This document shows, piece after piece, positions 39,164-48,708 of a stretch of 64,000 bases of DNA (its first letter is position 1; each line of letters opens with the position of its first letter). The notes under the pieces were generated by a model that worked only from the letters and a program-made list of their open reading frames with translations, had not been told where the DNA came from and ran no database searches. The position numbers and the translations under genes were made by a program. Source of the stretch: an uncultured Actinomycetes bacterium (lineage in GTDB: Bacteria > Actinomycetota > Thermoleophilia > Solirubrobacterales > Solirubrobacteraceae). The stretch spans positions 564,373 through 628,372 of the forward strand of contig CAVZYU010000005.1 in NCBI GenBank assembly GCA_963779625.1. Direction: 5' to 3'.

Positions 39164-40258
39164 ATGAGGAAGTCCGGCAGGCCGGTTCTGATCACGGGCG
39201 CGACGGGCTTCGTCGGCATGGAGCTGCTCGTCCGCATCCTCGAGCAGACCGACCGCGACGTCATCGCACTCGTGCGCGCGTGCGACAACGAGGCGGCGCA
39301 GCGGCGCATGGACGACGTGCTCCAGACGCTCCTGGCGCCCGATGAGCGCCCGCGGCGCGGCCGCGTGCGCGCGCAGGCGGCGGACCTCGAGTCGCCCGGC
39401 CTCGGCCTGTCGGCGATCGCCCGCAGGGGGATCGTGCGCAGCATCGGCGCGGTCGTGCACTGCGCGGCGTCGATCAGCTTCACGCTCGAGCTCGACGAGG
39501 CGCGCCGCATCAACGTCGACGGCACGCGGGAGGTCGTCGCGCTCGCCGAGGAGGCCCACGAGCACGGGTCGCTGGATCGCTTCGTCCACGTGTCGACGGC
39601 GTACGTCGCCGGCGAGCGCGGCGGGTGCGCCAGCGAGGCCGAGGGCGACGTCGGCCAGGGCTTTCGCAACACCTACGAGAAGACGAAGCTCGAGGCGGAG
39701 GGAATCGTCCGCTCGAGCTTCGTGCCGGCCGCGATCCTGCGCCCGAGCGTCATCGTGGGCGACAGCGTCACCGGCTGGACGCCGGCGTTCAACGTCATCT
39801 ACTTCCCGCTGCAGGCGTTCGCCCGCGGGCTGTTCCCCAACGTTCCCGGCGAGGCCGGGGCGCGGCTGGACATCGTGCCGGTCGACACCGTCGCCGACGC
39901 GCTGCTCGAGCTCCTGGTCGGCGAGGTGCGCGAGGGTGCGTTCCACGTCGTCGCCGGCGACAGCGCGCCGACGAACACCGAGCTTGCGACGCTCGCCGCG
40001 GAGGCCTTCGACGCCGAGCCGCCGGTCTTCGTCGGCCCGGGGGAGGACCCCGCCGCCGAGTCGCGCGCCGGCGCGCTCGTGCCGTACTTCAGCGTGCGCT
40101 GCACCTTCGATGCCGCCCGGGGCCGGGCGCTCGGCGCGACGCCGCCGCCGCTCGCCGACTACTTCCAGACGCTGATGGACTACGCGCACCAGGCCCGCTG
40201 GGGGCGCGAGCCGGTCCCGCGGTGGGCGGTGGCACGCGAGCTGCGCCGCGTGGCGTAG
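39164..40258 (+). CDS. Thioester/fatty-acyl reductase (NAD_binding_4, extended SDR)
   Basis: VLITGATGFVG, VHCAASISF, HVSTAYV and YxxxK (NTYEKTK). GGAGG lies 4 nt before the ATG at 39164. The alternative ATG at 39146 overlaps the upstream stop. Confidence 0.8.
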   Translation: MRKSGRPVLITGATGFVGMELLVRILEQTDRDVIALVRACDNEAAQRRMDDVLQTLLAPDERPRRGRVRAQAADLESPGLGLSAIARRGIVRSIGAVVHCAASISFTLELDEARRINVDGTREVVALAEEAHEHGSLDRFVHVSTAYVAGERGGCASEAEGDVGQGFRNTYEKTKLEAEGIVRSSFVPAAILRPSVIVGDSVTGWTPAFNVIYFPLQAFARGLFPNVPGEAGARLDIVPVDTVADALLELLVGEVREGAFHVVAGDSAPTNTELATLAAEAFDAEPPVFVGPGEDPAAESRAGALVPYFSVRCTFDAARGRALGATPPPLADYFQTLMDYAHQARWGREPVPRWAVARELRRVA

Positions 40259-40323
40259 GCGGCGCTCCCGCGATCGCCGCAGGGCCGCCCGAGGCCCGCC
40301 TCGCGCAGCGCCCGGCCCACGAG

Positions 40324-41682
40324 TCACCCCAGCGACGGCGCCCCCGCAGGCAGCGCCTCGACCGCCGCGTCGAAGTCCTCGCGCGAGAACTCGGGGTCCT
40401 CGAGGGTCCCCGCGAGGTACGCGTCGTACGCGGCGAGGTCGAAGTTGCCGTGGCCGCAGAGCCCGAACAGGATCACCCGCTCCTCGCCCGCCTCCTTCGC
40501 GGCCAGCGCCTCCTCGATCGCCGCGCGGATCGCGTGTGCGGGCTCGGGCGCGGGGATGATCCCCTCGTGGCGCGCGAACTGCAGCGCCGCCTCGAACGTC
40601 TCGTTCTGGCGGTAGGCGCGCGCCTCGAGCATCCCGGCCTTCAGCAGCGCGCAGACCATCGGCGCGTCGCCGTGGTAGCGCAGCCCGCCGGCGTGCACCG
40701 GCGGCGGGACGAACCCGTGGCCGAGCGTGTACATCGGCATGAGCGGCGTCAGGCCCGCCGTGTCGCCGAAGTCGTAGGCGTAGACGCCCTGCGTCAGCGT
40801 CGGGCATGCGGCCGGCTCCACGGCGAGGAACCGCGGGCCGTGGCCGCTGCGCATCTTGCGCCGCATCCACGGGAACGTCAGGCCGGCGAAGTTCGAGCCG
40901 CCGCCGACGCAGCCGATGACGACGTCGGGCTCCTCGCCTGCCATCTCCATCTGGGCGATCGTCTCCTGGCCGATGATCGTCTGGTGCAGCAGGACGTGGT
41001 TGAGGACCGAGCCGAGCGCGTAGTTGGCATCGGGGTCCTGCGCGGCCACCTCGACCGCCTCGGAGATCGCGATCCCGAGCGAGCCCGTCGGACTCGCCGC
41101 ATTGGCCTTGCCGGACTCGGTGAGGTCCGACGGCGAGCGATGCACCGTCGCGCCCCACGTCTGCATCATCGAGCGCCGGTAGGGCTTCTGGTCATAGCTC
41201 GAGCCCACCATGAAGACCTCGCACTCCAGGCCGAACAGCGAGCACGCGAACGCCAGCGACGAGCCCCACTGGCCGGCGCCGGTCTCGGTCACGAGCTTCT
41301 TCACGCCCGCCTGCGCGTTGGCGTAGGCCTGCGGCACCGCGGTGTTCGGCTTGTGCGAGCCGGCGGGGGAGACGCCCTCGTACTTGTAGTAGATGTGGGC
41401 CGGCGTCCCGAGCGCCTTCTCCAGGCGTCGAGCGCGAAACAGGGGTGACGGGCGCCAGAGCCGGTAGACGTCGCGGACCGCCTCCGGGATCTCGATGTCG
41501 GGCTCGCCCGAGACCTCCTGCATGATGAGCTCGACCGGGAAGATCGGCGTCAGATCGGTGGGCCCCGCGGGGTCCATCGTGCGCGGGTTCAGCGGCGGCA
41601 GCGGCTCGCCCGGGAGGTCGGGGAGGAGGTTCACCCAATGCGTCGGGATCGCGTCCTCGGAGAGGAGGAACTTCGTCGTCAC
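40324..41682 (-). CDS. TrpB2-type tryptophan synthase beta-like PLP enzyme
   Basis: [24 protein letters not shown]-terminus, [18 protein letters not shown] (PLP lysine) and [16 protein letters not shown] start at 41682 inferred. Confidence 0.85.
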   Translation of the reverse strand: MTTKFLLSEDAIPTHWVNLLPDLPGEPLPPLNPRTMDPAGPTDLTPIFPVELIMQEVSGEPDIEIPEAVRDVYRLWRPSPLFRARRLEKALGTPAHIYYKYEGVSPAGSHKPNTAVPQAYANAQAGVKKLVTETGAGQWGSSLAFACSLFGLECEVFMVGSSYDQKPYRRSMMQTWGATVHRSPSDLTESGKANAASPTGSLGIAISEAVEVAAQDPDANYALGSVLNHVLLHQTIIGQETIAQMEMAGEEPDVVIGCVGGGSNFAGLTFPWMRRKMRSGHGPRFLAVEPAACPTLTQGVYAYDFGDTAGLTPLMPMYTLGHGFVPPPVHAGGLRYHGDAPMVCALLKAGMLEARAYRQNETFEAALQFARHEGIIPAPEPAHAIRAAIEEALAAKEAGEERVILFGLCGHGNFDLAAYDAYLAGTLEDPEFSREDFDAAVEALPAGAPSLG

Positions 41683-41814
41683 TGACGCGAGCCTAACCCA
41701 GCCGTGCGCAATCTCGCACATCACCGTCTTGCCGACCACCGCCTCGATCCTGTGGTTCGAGGACGCTCGGCGCCGCCGACGCGGGCCGCGTCGCCGCTCG
41801 TCGCAGCCGGCCGG

Positions 41815-42396
41815 CTAGTTGACCGACGGGTCGATCGGCATGCGCGCGACGAGGCGGAAATGGCCGCCCTTGCGCTCGAGGACGCGGCGCCAGAGCTCGT
41901 CGGGATCGGGATCGAAGATGTCGTCGACGCCGGCGGGCGCGACGAACCAGTCGTTGCGCTCGAGCTCGGCGTCGAGCTGGCCCGGGCCCCAGCCGGCGTA
42001 GCCCGCGAACGCTCGCGCCCGGACCGTGACGTCGACGAGCTCGGAGATCTCGCGGCGCTCGCCCATCAGGCCGACGTTGCCGATGACCGGCATGCCCGCG
42101 TAGGAGGCGTCCTCGAACTCGCCGAGCAGCAACAGCGCGTCCGGCTGCACGGGCCCGCCGCTGTCGATGACCGCGTCCCCGCCGGTGAGATCGGAGAGCT
42201 CGGGCGCGACGTCGCCGACGACGAGGTCGCCGGGACGGTTGAGGACGAGCCCCAGCGCGCCCTCGTCGCTGTGCTGGCAGATGAGCACGACGGCGCGCGC
42301 GAAGTTCGGGTCGGGCAGGGTGGCGCCGGCGATCAGGAGTTGTCCGCGGAGAGATCGGATCTGCGCTTTGTACCCGCTGGCCGAGGATCCGTGCAT
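41815..42396 (-). CDS. YqgE/AlgH family protein (UPF0301)
   Basis: LLIAGATLPDPNFARAVVLICQHSDEGALGLVLNRP is the family signature. Confidence 0.85.
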   Translation of the reverse strand: MHGSSASGYKAQIRSLRGQLLIAGATLPDPNFARAVVLICQHSDEGALGLVLNRPGDLVVGDVAPELSDLTGGDAVIDSGGPVQPDALLLLGEFEDASYAGMPVIGNVGLMGERREISELVDVTVRARAFAGYAGWGPGQLDAELERNDWFVAPAGVDDIFDPDPDELWRRVLERKGGHFRLVARMPIDPSVN

Positions 42397-42438
42397 CGCG
42401 CCGTTTGTGATGAGCGGGGCGCGGGAACCGAGGCGGGC

Positions 42439-42630
42439 ATGAAGAAAGAGCCCAGCCGCTGGTGGTACGCGCTGCTCGCGCTCCCCCTGCTGGGCCTGCT
42501 GTACCCGCCGCTGTACGCCACCCGTGATCCGGAGCTCGCCGGGATCCCGTTCTTCTACTGGTACCAGTTCGCCTGGGTCATCGTGGCCGTGGTCATCACC
42601 TCGATCGTCTACCGCGCGACGCGGCGATGA
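42439..42630 (+). CDS. DUF3311 small membrane protein (symporter accessory subunit)
   Basis: 63 aa, two TM helices, IPFFYWYQFAWV motif. Its stop overlaps the symporter ATG (ATGA). Confidence 0.75.
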   Translation: MKKEPSRWWYALLALPLLGLLYPPLYATRDPELAGIPFFYWYQFAWVIVAVVITSIVYRATRR

Positions 42631-44228
42631 CGCTCGCGCTGATCACCGAGTCGCATGACACGAACACGACGGCGCTCGTCGTCTTCATCGCGCTGTTCGC
42701 GCTCGTCACGATGCTCGGCTTCGTGGCGTCGCGCTGGCGGCGCGCGAAGCTCGACCACCTCGACGAGTGGGGCCTCGGAGGCCGGCGCTTCGGCACGCTC
42801 GTCACGTGGTTCCTCCTCGGCGGCGACCTCTACACCGCCTACACGTTCATCGCCGTCCCGGCGCTCGTGTTCGGCGCCGGCGCGATCGGCTTCTTCGCGC
42901 TGCCCTACACGATCATGGTCTATCCGCTGGTCTTCGTCGTGATGCCGCGGTTGTGGACGGTCTGCCGCGCGCACGGGTACGTGACGCCGGCGGACTTCGT
43001 GCGCGGGCGCTACGGCTCGCGCCCGCTCGGGCTCATGGTCGCCTGCACCGGGATCCTCGCGACGATGCCCTACATCGCCCTGCAGCTCGTGGGGATGCAG
43101 ATCGTGCTGGGCGCGATGGGGATCGAGGGCGACTGGCCGCTGATCATCGCCTTCGTGATCCTCGCCGCCTACACGTACCAGTCGGGCCTGCGGGCGCCCG
43201 CGCTCATCGCCGTCGTCAAGGATGCGCTGATCTACATCGTCATCCTCGTGGCGGTCATCTACATCCCGTCGAAGATCGGCGGGTTCGGGGCGATGTTCGA
43301 CGCGGCCGAGAAGGCATTGCCCACGCGCGACAAGCCCGGCGCGCTGATCCCGCTCGGCGCCGATGCGCAGATCGCCTATGCGACGCTCGCGTTCGGCTCG
43401 GCGCTCGCGCTGTTCCTGTACCCGCACGCGATCACCGCCGTCCTGAGCGCCAAGAGCGCCCAGACCGTGCGGCGCAACACCGCGCTGCTACCCGCCTACA
43501 CCTTCCTGCTCGGGCTCATCGCGCTGCTCGGCTACATGGCGATCGCGCGCGAGATCAGCCCCAGCAACCCGAACTTCGCGGTGCCCGACCTGTTCCTCAA
43601 CGTCTTCCCGTCGTGGTTCGTCGGCGTGGCGTTCGCGGCGATCGCGATCGGCGCGCTCGTGCCGGCGGCGGTCATGTCGATCGCCGCGGCGAACCTCTTC
43701 ACGCGCAGCATCTACAAGGCCTACATCCGTCCCGGCGCGTCACACTCCGACGAGGCGCGGACGGCGAAGATCGTCTCGCTGCTCGTGAAGATCGGGGCGC
43801 TGATCATCATCGTGACCCTGCCGACGAAGTACGCGATCGAGCTGCAGCTGCTCGGCGGCGTGTGGATCCTGCAGACGCTGCCGTCGATCGTCGTCGGCCT
43901 CTACACGCGCTGGCTGCACCGCTGGGCGCTCGTCGCCGGCTGGGCCGTCGGGATGGTCGTCGGGACGCTCATGGCGCAGTCCCAGGACTTCGCACCGACC
44001 TATCCGCTGGAGATCTTCGGCACGAAGATCAACGCCTACACCGGGGTCTTCGCGCTGACCGCGAACCTCGTCGTGACGCTCGCCGGCACGGCGATCCTGC
44101 GCGCCACGGGCACCGACGACCCCGGCGACGAGACGCGCGACCACGACTTCGACGAGCTCGCCGAGGACGCCGTCTATCCCGAGCCCGGCGCGACGGCGCG
44201 CCCGGCCGAGCCCGCGCCCGCGGCCTAG
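42627..44228 (+). CDS. Solute:sodium symporter family transporter
   Basis: 533 aa, about 13 TM helices. N-terminal WGLGGRRFGTLVTWFLLGGDLYTAYTF motif. Paired with DUF3311. Confidence 0.85.
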   Translation: MTLALITESHDTNTTALVVFIALFALVTMLGFVASRWRRAKLDHLDEWGLGGRRFGTLVTWFLLGGDLYTAYTFIAVPALVFGAGAIGFFALPYTIMVYPLVFVVMPRLWTVCRAHGYVTPADFVRGRYGSRPLGLMVACTGILATMPYIALQLVGMQIVLGAMGIEGDWPLIIAFVILAAYTYQSGLRAPALIAVVKDALIYIVILVAVIYIPSKIGGFGAMFDAAEKALPTRDKPGALIPLGADAQIAYATLAFGSALALFLYPHAITAVLSAKSAQTVRRNTALLPAYTFLLGLIALLGYMAIAREISPSNPNFAVPDLFLNVFPSWFVGVAFAAIAIGALVPAAVMSIAAANLFTRSIYKAYIRPGASHSDEARTAKIVSLLVKIGALIIIVTLPTKYAIELQLLGGVWILQTLPSIVVGLYTRWLHRWALVAGWAVGMVVGTLMAQSQDFAPTYPLEIFGTKINAYTGVFALTANLVVTLAGTAILRATGTDDPGDETRDHDFDELAEDAVYPEPGATARPAEPAPAA

Positions 44229-44233
44229 CCACG

Positions 44234-44983
44234 CTAGAGCGCGAGCGCGATCGCGACCACGACGCCGTACGCGATCACGACGCCGCGCAGCACCGCCGCG
44301 GGGAGCCTGCGCGCGACGCGGACGCCGGCGGCCCCGCCGACGAGGCTCGCAGCGCCCACGACGAGCGCCGCGTCCCACGCGATCGGGCCGAAGATCGCGA
44401 ACACGACCGCCGCGACGAGGGCGATCACGAGCGACAGCACGCCCTTGAGTGCGTTGAGGCGCTGCAGGTCGTCGGGCAGCAGGATTCCGAGCAGCGCGAG
44501 CAGCATGATCCCGAGGCCCGCGCCGAAGTATCCGCCGTACACGGCGGCGAGGAAGAGCCCGCCGTGAAGGGCGATCGGCGTCGACCCGCGCCGCCCGCGC
44601 TTTCGCTGCGCGATCGCGGCCGCGCGCGGCTGCAGCGCCAGCAGCGCACAGGCGGCGAGGATGAGCCAGGGTACGACCGCGTCGAACAGCGAGGCCGGGC
44701 TCAGCAGCAGCAGCGCCGCGCCCGCGGCGGTGCCGGCGACGCTCGTCGGCGCGAGCGCGCGGATGCGCGCGCGCTGGCCGGACAGCTCGGGGCGGTAGGC
44801 CAGCGAGCCACCGACGTAGCCGGGCAGGACGGCGACGGAGTTCGTCACGTTCGCCGTGACGCTCGGGTAGCCGGCCGCCAGGAGCGCCGGGAAGGAGATG
44901 AGCGAGCCGCCGCCCGCGACCGCGTTGACGCCACCGGCACCGAAGCCCGCGCCGGCGAGCAGGACGATCGTGCCGGCGTCCAT
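44234..44983 (-). CDS. TauE/SafE family anion exporter
   Basis: 249 aa, with GAGGVNAVAGGGSLISFPALL and GGYFGAGLGIMLLALLG repeats. These are the last 249 codons of track ORF 44234..45502. Confidence 0.8.
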   Translation of the reverse strand: MDAGTIVLLAGAGFGAGGVNAVAGGGSLISFPALLAAGYPSVTANVTNSVAVLPGYVGGSLAYRPELSGQRARIRALAPTSVAGTAAGAALLLLSPASLFDAVVPWLILAACALLALQPRAAAIAQRKRGRRGSTPIALHGGLFLAAVYGGYFGAGLGIMLLALLGILLPDDLQRLNALKGVLSLVIALVAAVVFAIFGPIAWDAALVVGAASLVGGAAGVRVARRLPAAVLRGVVIAYGVVVAIALAL

Positions 44984-45019
44984 CGCGCCGAGGCTAGTGG
45001 ATGCGCCATCCTTCTCGAC

Positions 45020-45511
45020 ATGGAATCCGGCGCCGGCACCGCGACTCCGACGTACCGCGGCGTCCTGCACGCCTCGCGGACGCTCGTGTGGTTCACGGCC
45101 GCGCTCTCGCTGTTCGCGGGCTACATCCACGTCGCCTACGTCGATTCGCACCTGCAGGAATGGTGGGGGTACGGCGCGTTCTTCATCGCCGCGGCGAACC
45201 TGCAGGTGCTGTTCGCGGCGGTGCTCGTCCGCTGGCCGCGCTCGTGGTTGCCGTATGCGGGCATCGCGGGCAACCTCGTCATCATCGGGATGTATGTCAT
45301 CACCCGCACCTCGGGCATCCCGCTGGGCCCGCACGCGCGCGTGGTCGAGGAGGCCGGCGCGACCGACTGGCTCACGACGGCCGCCCAGGTCGGGATCGTC
45401 ATCGCGCTGCTGGCCATGCTCGAGGGGCGCCCGCGGCGCTGGATCATCAACGGACTGCTGCTGCTCGGCGTGCTGGCGTGGGTGCTGAGGCTCTCGGGCC
45501 ACCTGCAGTAG
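45020..45511 (+). CDS. Hypothetical 4-TM membrane protein (163 aa)
   Basis: The terminal 164 codons of track ORF 42767..45511 begin at ATG and contain four clear hydrophobic helices. Confidence 0.55.
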   Translation: MESGAGTATPTYRGVLHASRTLVWFTAALSLFAGYIHVAYVDSHLQEWWGYGAFFIAAANLQVLFAAVLVRWPRSWLPYAGIAGNLVIIGMYVITRTSGIPLGPHARVVEEAGATDWLTTAAQVGIVIALLAMLEGRPRRWIINGLLLLGVLAWVLRLSGHLQ

Positions 45512-46047
45512 CGCAGGCGGCGGCCGAGCCCGAGGCCGACGGCGCGCGCCGGCGCCGCCGCCGGCCGCGGCGCTGGTGGCCGTTGGGCCTCGTCGTCGTG
45601 CTCGCGCTCGTGGCCGTCCGGGTCTTCCTCCTCGAGCCGTTCAGGACCGACGGCGTGAGCATGGTCCCGACGCTGCGCTCCGGCGACCAGGTCCTCGTCG
45701 ACAAGCGCGCCTACCGCGATGCGCTGCCGCGCCGTCGCGACCTCGTCGTCTTCCACGCGCCCGACGGCGCCGTGACGCTCAAGCGCGCGATCGGCCTGCC
45801 CGGCGACACGGTGTCGATCGAGGACGGCGTGCTCATCGTCAACGGCCGGCGCCAGGTCGAGCCCTATGCCAACCCCGACGCGATCGACAGCGTCTACTTC
45901 GGACCCGTGCGGGTGCGCCCCGGCGCCGTCTTCTTCCTCGGCGACAACCGCTTGGACTCGCGCGATTCACGCGATTTCGGTGCGGTGGCGCGGCGCGCGC
46001 TCATCGGGCGGGTCCGCGGCCTGATCTGGCCGCCGTCGCGCTGGTAG
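45478..46047 (+). CDS. lepB: Signal peptidase I
   Basis: GVSMVPTL (catalytic Ser), KRAIGLPGD (Lys box), GDNRLDSRDSR. Start uncertain: GTG at 45478 overlaps the upstream gene, and a TTG inside the TM is the alternative. Confidence 0.8.
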   Translation: MGAEALGPPAVAQAAAEPEADGARRRRRRPRRWWPLGLVVVLALVAVRVFLLEPFRTDGVSMVPTLRSGDQVLVDKRAYRDALPRRRDLVVFHAPDGAVTLKRAIGLPGDTVSIEDGVLIVNGRRQVEPYANPDAIDSVYFGPVRVRPGAVFFLGDNRLDSRDSRDFGAVARRALIGRVRGLIWPPSRW

Positions 46048-46120
46048 TACATCCGTCCATGAGACATGCGGGTTCGCGCACCGTGGGCCGCTGGTTCTGC
46101 GCTGTCGGCGCGATCGCCGG

Positions 46121-48202
46121 TTGAGGATGCTGGTGGTTGTGTCCAGATCCCGTCTCACGCTGGACCGCCGCGACCTCCTCAAGCTCGGCGTCTTCAGCAG
46201 CGCGGCGCTCGCCCTGCCCGCCGAGCGCCTCGCGCGCACGCAGGCCGCGCTCGCCAACAGGATGCCGGAGAGCGCGCTGCCGCAGCCGTTCACGATCCCG
46301 TTCACGACGCCGCCGGTGCTCGCGCCCGAGCGTCAGACGCAGAACTTCGACTACTACACGATCACCCAGCGCCAGGCCTCCGTCGAGATCCTGCCCGGCA
46401 AGCGGACCGACATCTGGGGCTACAACGGCATCACGCCCGGTCCGACGATCATGAACACGCAGGGCCGCCATGCGGTGGTCCAGCACGTCAACGACCTTCC
46501 CGCCGTACACCCGACGCTGCGCTACAACGTCTGGACCTCCACGCACCTGCACGGCTCCCCGTCCAAGCCGCAGTACGACGGCTACGCGAGCGACATCACG
46601 GACGTCGACAGCTGGAAGGACTACGTCTATCCCAACTCGGAGGACGCGCGGACGCTCTGGTACCACGACCACGGCGTCCATATCACCGCGGCGAACGCCT
46701 ACATGGGCCTGGCCGCGCTCTACATCCTGCACGACCCGCAGGAGCTGAGCCTGCCGATCCCGCACGGCGCCTACGACGTGCCGTTCGTCCTGCGCGACGC
46801 GATGTTCGAGGCCAACGGCCGGCTGCTCTTCGACGACAACAGCGAATCCGGTGTCTACGGCGACGTCATCCTCGTCAACGGCGTTCCGTGGCCGAGGATG
46901 CCGGTCGAGCGGCGCAAGTACCGCTTCCGGATCCTCAACGCGTCGCTCTCGCGCTCCTACGGGCTGCAGCTCGACAGCGGCGAGCCGCTGATCGTCATCG
47001 GCACGGACAGCGGGCTGACGGCGCAACCGCAGCCGGTCGCGAACCTGAAGTCCGGGATGGCCGAGCGCTACGAGGTCGTCATCGACTTCTCGAAGTACAA
47101 GATCGGCCAGCGGGTGGTGATGCAGAACGTCTCGCCGCCGAACAACATCGACTTCGCGACCACGGGCGTGGTCATGGCCTTCGACGTCGTCGCCGATGCG
47201 AGCGACCCGACGAACAACGAGGTCCCCTCGGTCCTCAACCCGGATTCGAAAACGATGGCGCTCACCGAGGCCGACTCCATGCGCACGCGCGAGTTCGAGT
47301 TCGCCCGCGGTGGCGGCCAGTGGACGATCAACGGCACCACCTGGGACGACGTCGTCAACAGCGACTACCAGTTCGTGCTCGCCAACCCGGGCCTCAACGA
47401 CGTCGAGATCTGGGAGTTCAAGAACAACTCCAACGGCTGGTTTCACCCGGTCCACGCACACCTCGTGGACTTCAAGGTGCTCGACCGCAACGGTCGGCCC
47501 CCGTTCGACTACGAGAAGGGCCCCAAGGACACCGTCTACGTCGGCGAGGGCGAGACCGTGCGCGTGCTCATAAAGTTCGAGCACGAGGAGGGGCGGTACA
47601 TGATCCATTGCCACAACCTCGTGCACGAGGACCACGACATGATGGCGCAGTTCCGCGTGGGCAGGGACTCGGCGGGCCAGGATCCGATCCATGCCGACGG
47701 CGCCGCGCGCAAGCCGGCACGGCCGGTGCGCAACCGCCACGACGATCCCGACGAGGACGGCGGCGGCGGGCGCGGCGATGGCGGTGGCGGTGGCGGCAAC
47801 GACGGCGGCGCCAGCGCCAGCGGCAGCAGCTCGAGCGGCTCCAGTGGCGCCGGCGGCGGTGGCTCGAACTCCGGCAGCGGGACCGTCAAGGCCTCCAGTA
47901 CGCCCAAGTGCGCGCCTGCCAAGAAGCAGACGGCGGCCCAGAAGAAGGCCGCGCTCAAGAAGCGCGTGCTCGCCAAGCAGAGGCTCGCCAAGCAGAAGGC
48001 GCGCGCCAAGCAGAAGGCGCTCGCCAAGCGCAATTCCAAGCTCCGCGCCGTGAAGAAGAAGCCCGCGGCGAAGTGCGTGACGCCGGCCAAGGGCAAGCCC
48101 GCGGCGAAGCGCACGCCGGCCCGCAAGCCCAAGCGCGCGCCGGCCCGCAAGCCCAAGCGCGCGCCGGCCAAGAAGAGCGCCGCCCGCCGCCCCGCGCGCT
48201 GA
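46121..48202 (+). CDS. Tat-signal three-domain multicopper oxidase (CotA/bilirubin-oxidase-like) with Gly/Ser linker and polycationic Lys/Arg/Ala/Pro C-terminal tail
   Basis: Twin-arginine motif DRRDLLKLG. Copper motifs THLHG, WYHDH, HPVHAHL and HCHNLVHEDHDMM. Residues from about 545 are a G/S linker followed by an acid-free tail of about 104 aa (41 Lys/Arg by my count). Confidence 0.9.
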   Translation: MRMLVVVSRSRLTLDRRDLLKLGVFSSAALALPAERLARTQAALANRMPESALPQPFTIPFTTPPVLAPERQTQNFDYYTITQRQASVEILPGKRTDIWGYNGITPGPTIMNTQGRHAVVQHVNDLPAVHPTLRYNVWTSTHLHGSPSKPQYDGYASDITDVDSWKDYVYPNSEDARTLWYHDHGVHITAANAYMGLAALYILHDPQELSLPIPHGAYDVPFVLRDAMFEANGRLLFDDNSESGVYGDVILVNGVPWPRMPVERRKYRFRILNASLSRSYGLQLDSGEPLIVIGTDSGLTAQPQPVANLKSGMAERYEVVIDFSKYKIGQRVVMQNVSPPNNIDFATTGVVMAFDVVADASDPTNNEVPSVLNPDSKTMALTEADSMRTREFEFARGGGQWTINGTTWDDVVNSDYQFVLANPGLNDVEIWEFKNNSNGWFHPVHAHLVDFKVLDRNGRPPFDYEKGPKDTVYVGEGETVRVLIKFEHEEGRYMIHCHNLVHEDHDMMAQFRVGRDSAGQDPIHADGAARKPARPVRNRHDDPDEDGGGGRGDGGGGGGNDGGASASGSSSSGSSGAGGGGSNSGSGTVKASSTPKCAPAKKQTAAQKKAALKKRVLAKQRLAKQKARAKQKALAKRNSKLRAVKKKPAAKCVTPAKGKPAAKRTPARKPKRAPARKPKRAPAKKSAARRPAR

Positions 48203-48449
48203 GCGCGCCCGCACGCCGGCAAGAAGAAGAGCCCGGCCCGGCGCCCTGAGCGCGCACCGGCACGCCCATGGTCGCGGCCTGCGTCTGCTGTCCGCTTGCG
48301 TGGAGACGCACGAAGCGCGATCTCGCTGGTTTGCGGGTAGCGCGGGCGCTTCCGGCATCGGTCAGGGGTCCGGGTCGGTCGCCGCGGTCGTTGTGGACCC
48401 GACTGCGGGTGCGGGCGGCGCGACGACATCGACCCCCTTGTTCTTGCGT

Positions 48450-48490
48450 GTGCTAGCGGCTGCTAGCTGGGGGCTATCAGCCGCTAGCAC
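48450..48490. repeat. Perfect 13-bp inverted repeat GTGCTAGCGGCTG-N15-CAGCCGCTAGCAC with a nested TAGC..GCTA palindrome
   Basis: Read directly from the sequence, in the 563-bp spacer between the two oxidase genes. Followed by direct repeats GTTCACG at 48492 and 48510. Confidence 0.8.
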
Positions 48491-48690
48491 GGTTCACGAG
48501 AGCTGGGTCGTTCACGGTCCCGGCAACTGCCCGCGAGCTCGGCGCCTCACGGCTGCGGGACGCGCTCGCGCCCGTGACCGCTCGCAGGACACGCGGGACC
48601 GCAAGCGCGGGGTCACGGCGTATCCACGCACGTGGACAGCAGGCCCGCGTGACGCCGGTCACACAGGCACTCGTAACACCCGCACCCCCG

Positions 48691-48708
48691 CTTGCAGGAC
48701 CCTGCAAG
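48691..48708. promoter_or_regulatory. 18-bp palindrome CTTGCAGG-ac-CCTGCAAG upstream of the second oxidase gene
   Basis: Perfect 8-bp arms, 58 nt before the ATG at 48766. Embedded in a larger GTAAC..CCCCC / GGGGG..GTTAC hairpin (48673..48725). Confidence 0.5.

Noticed and set aside
38981-41448. Long ORFs 38981..41158 (minus strand) and 39625..41448 (plus strand)
   Set aside because: They run antisense to, or out of frame with, the reductase and TrpB2 genes, which carry diagnostic motifs.
42767-45019. 5' part of the 914-aa ORF 42767..45511
   Set aside because: It is out of frame over the symporter gene and antisense to the TauE gene. Only the final 164 codons, from the ATG at 45020, encode a plausible 4-TM protein.
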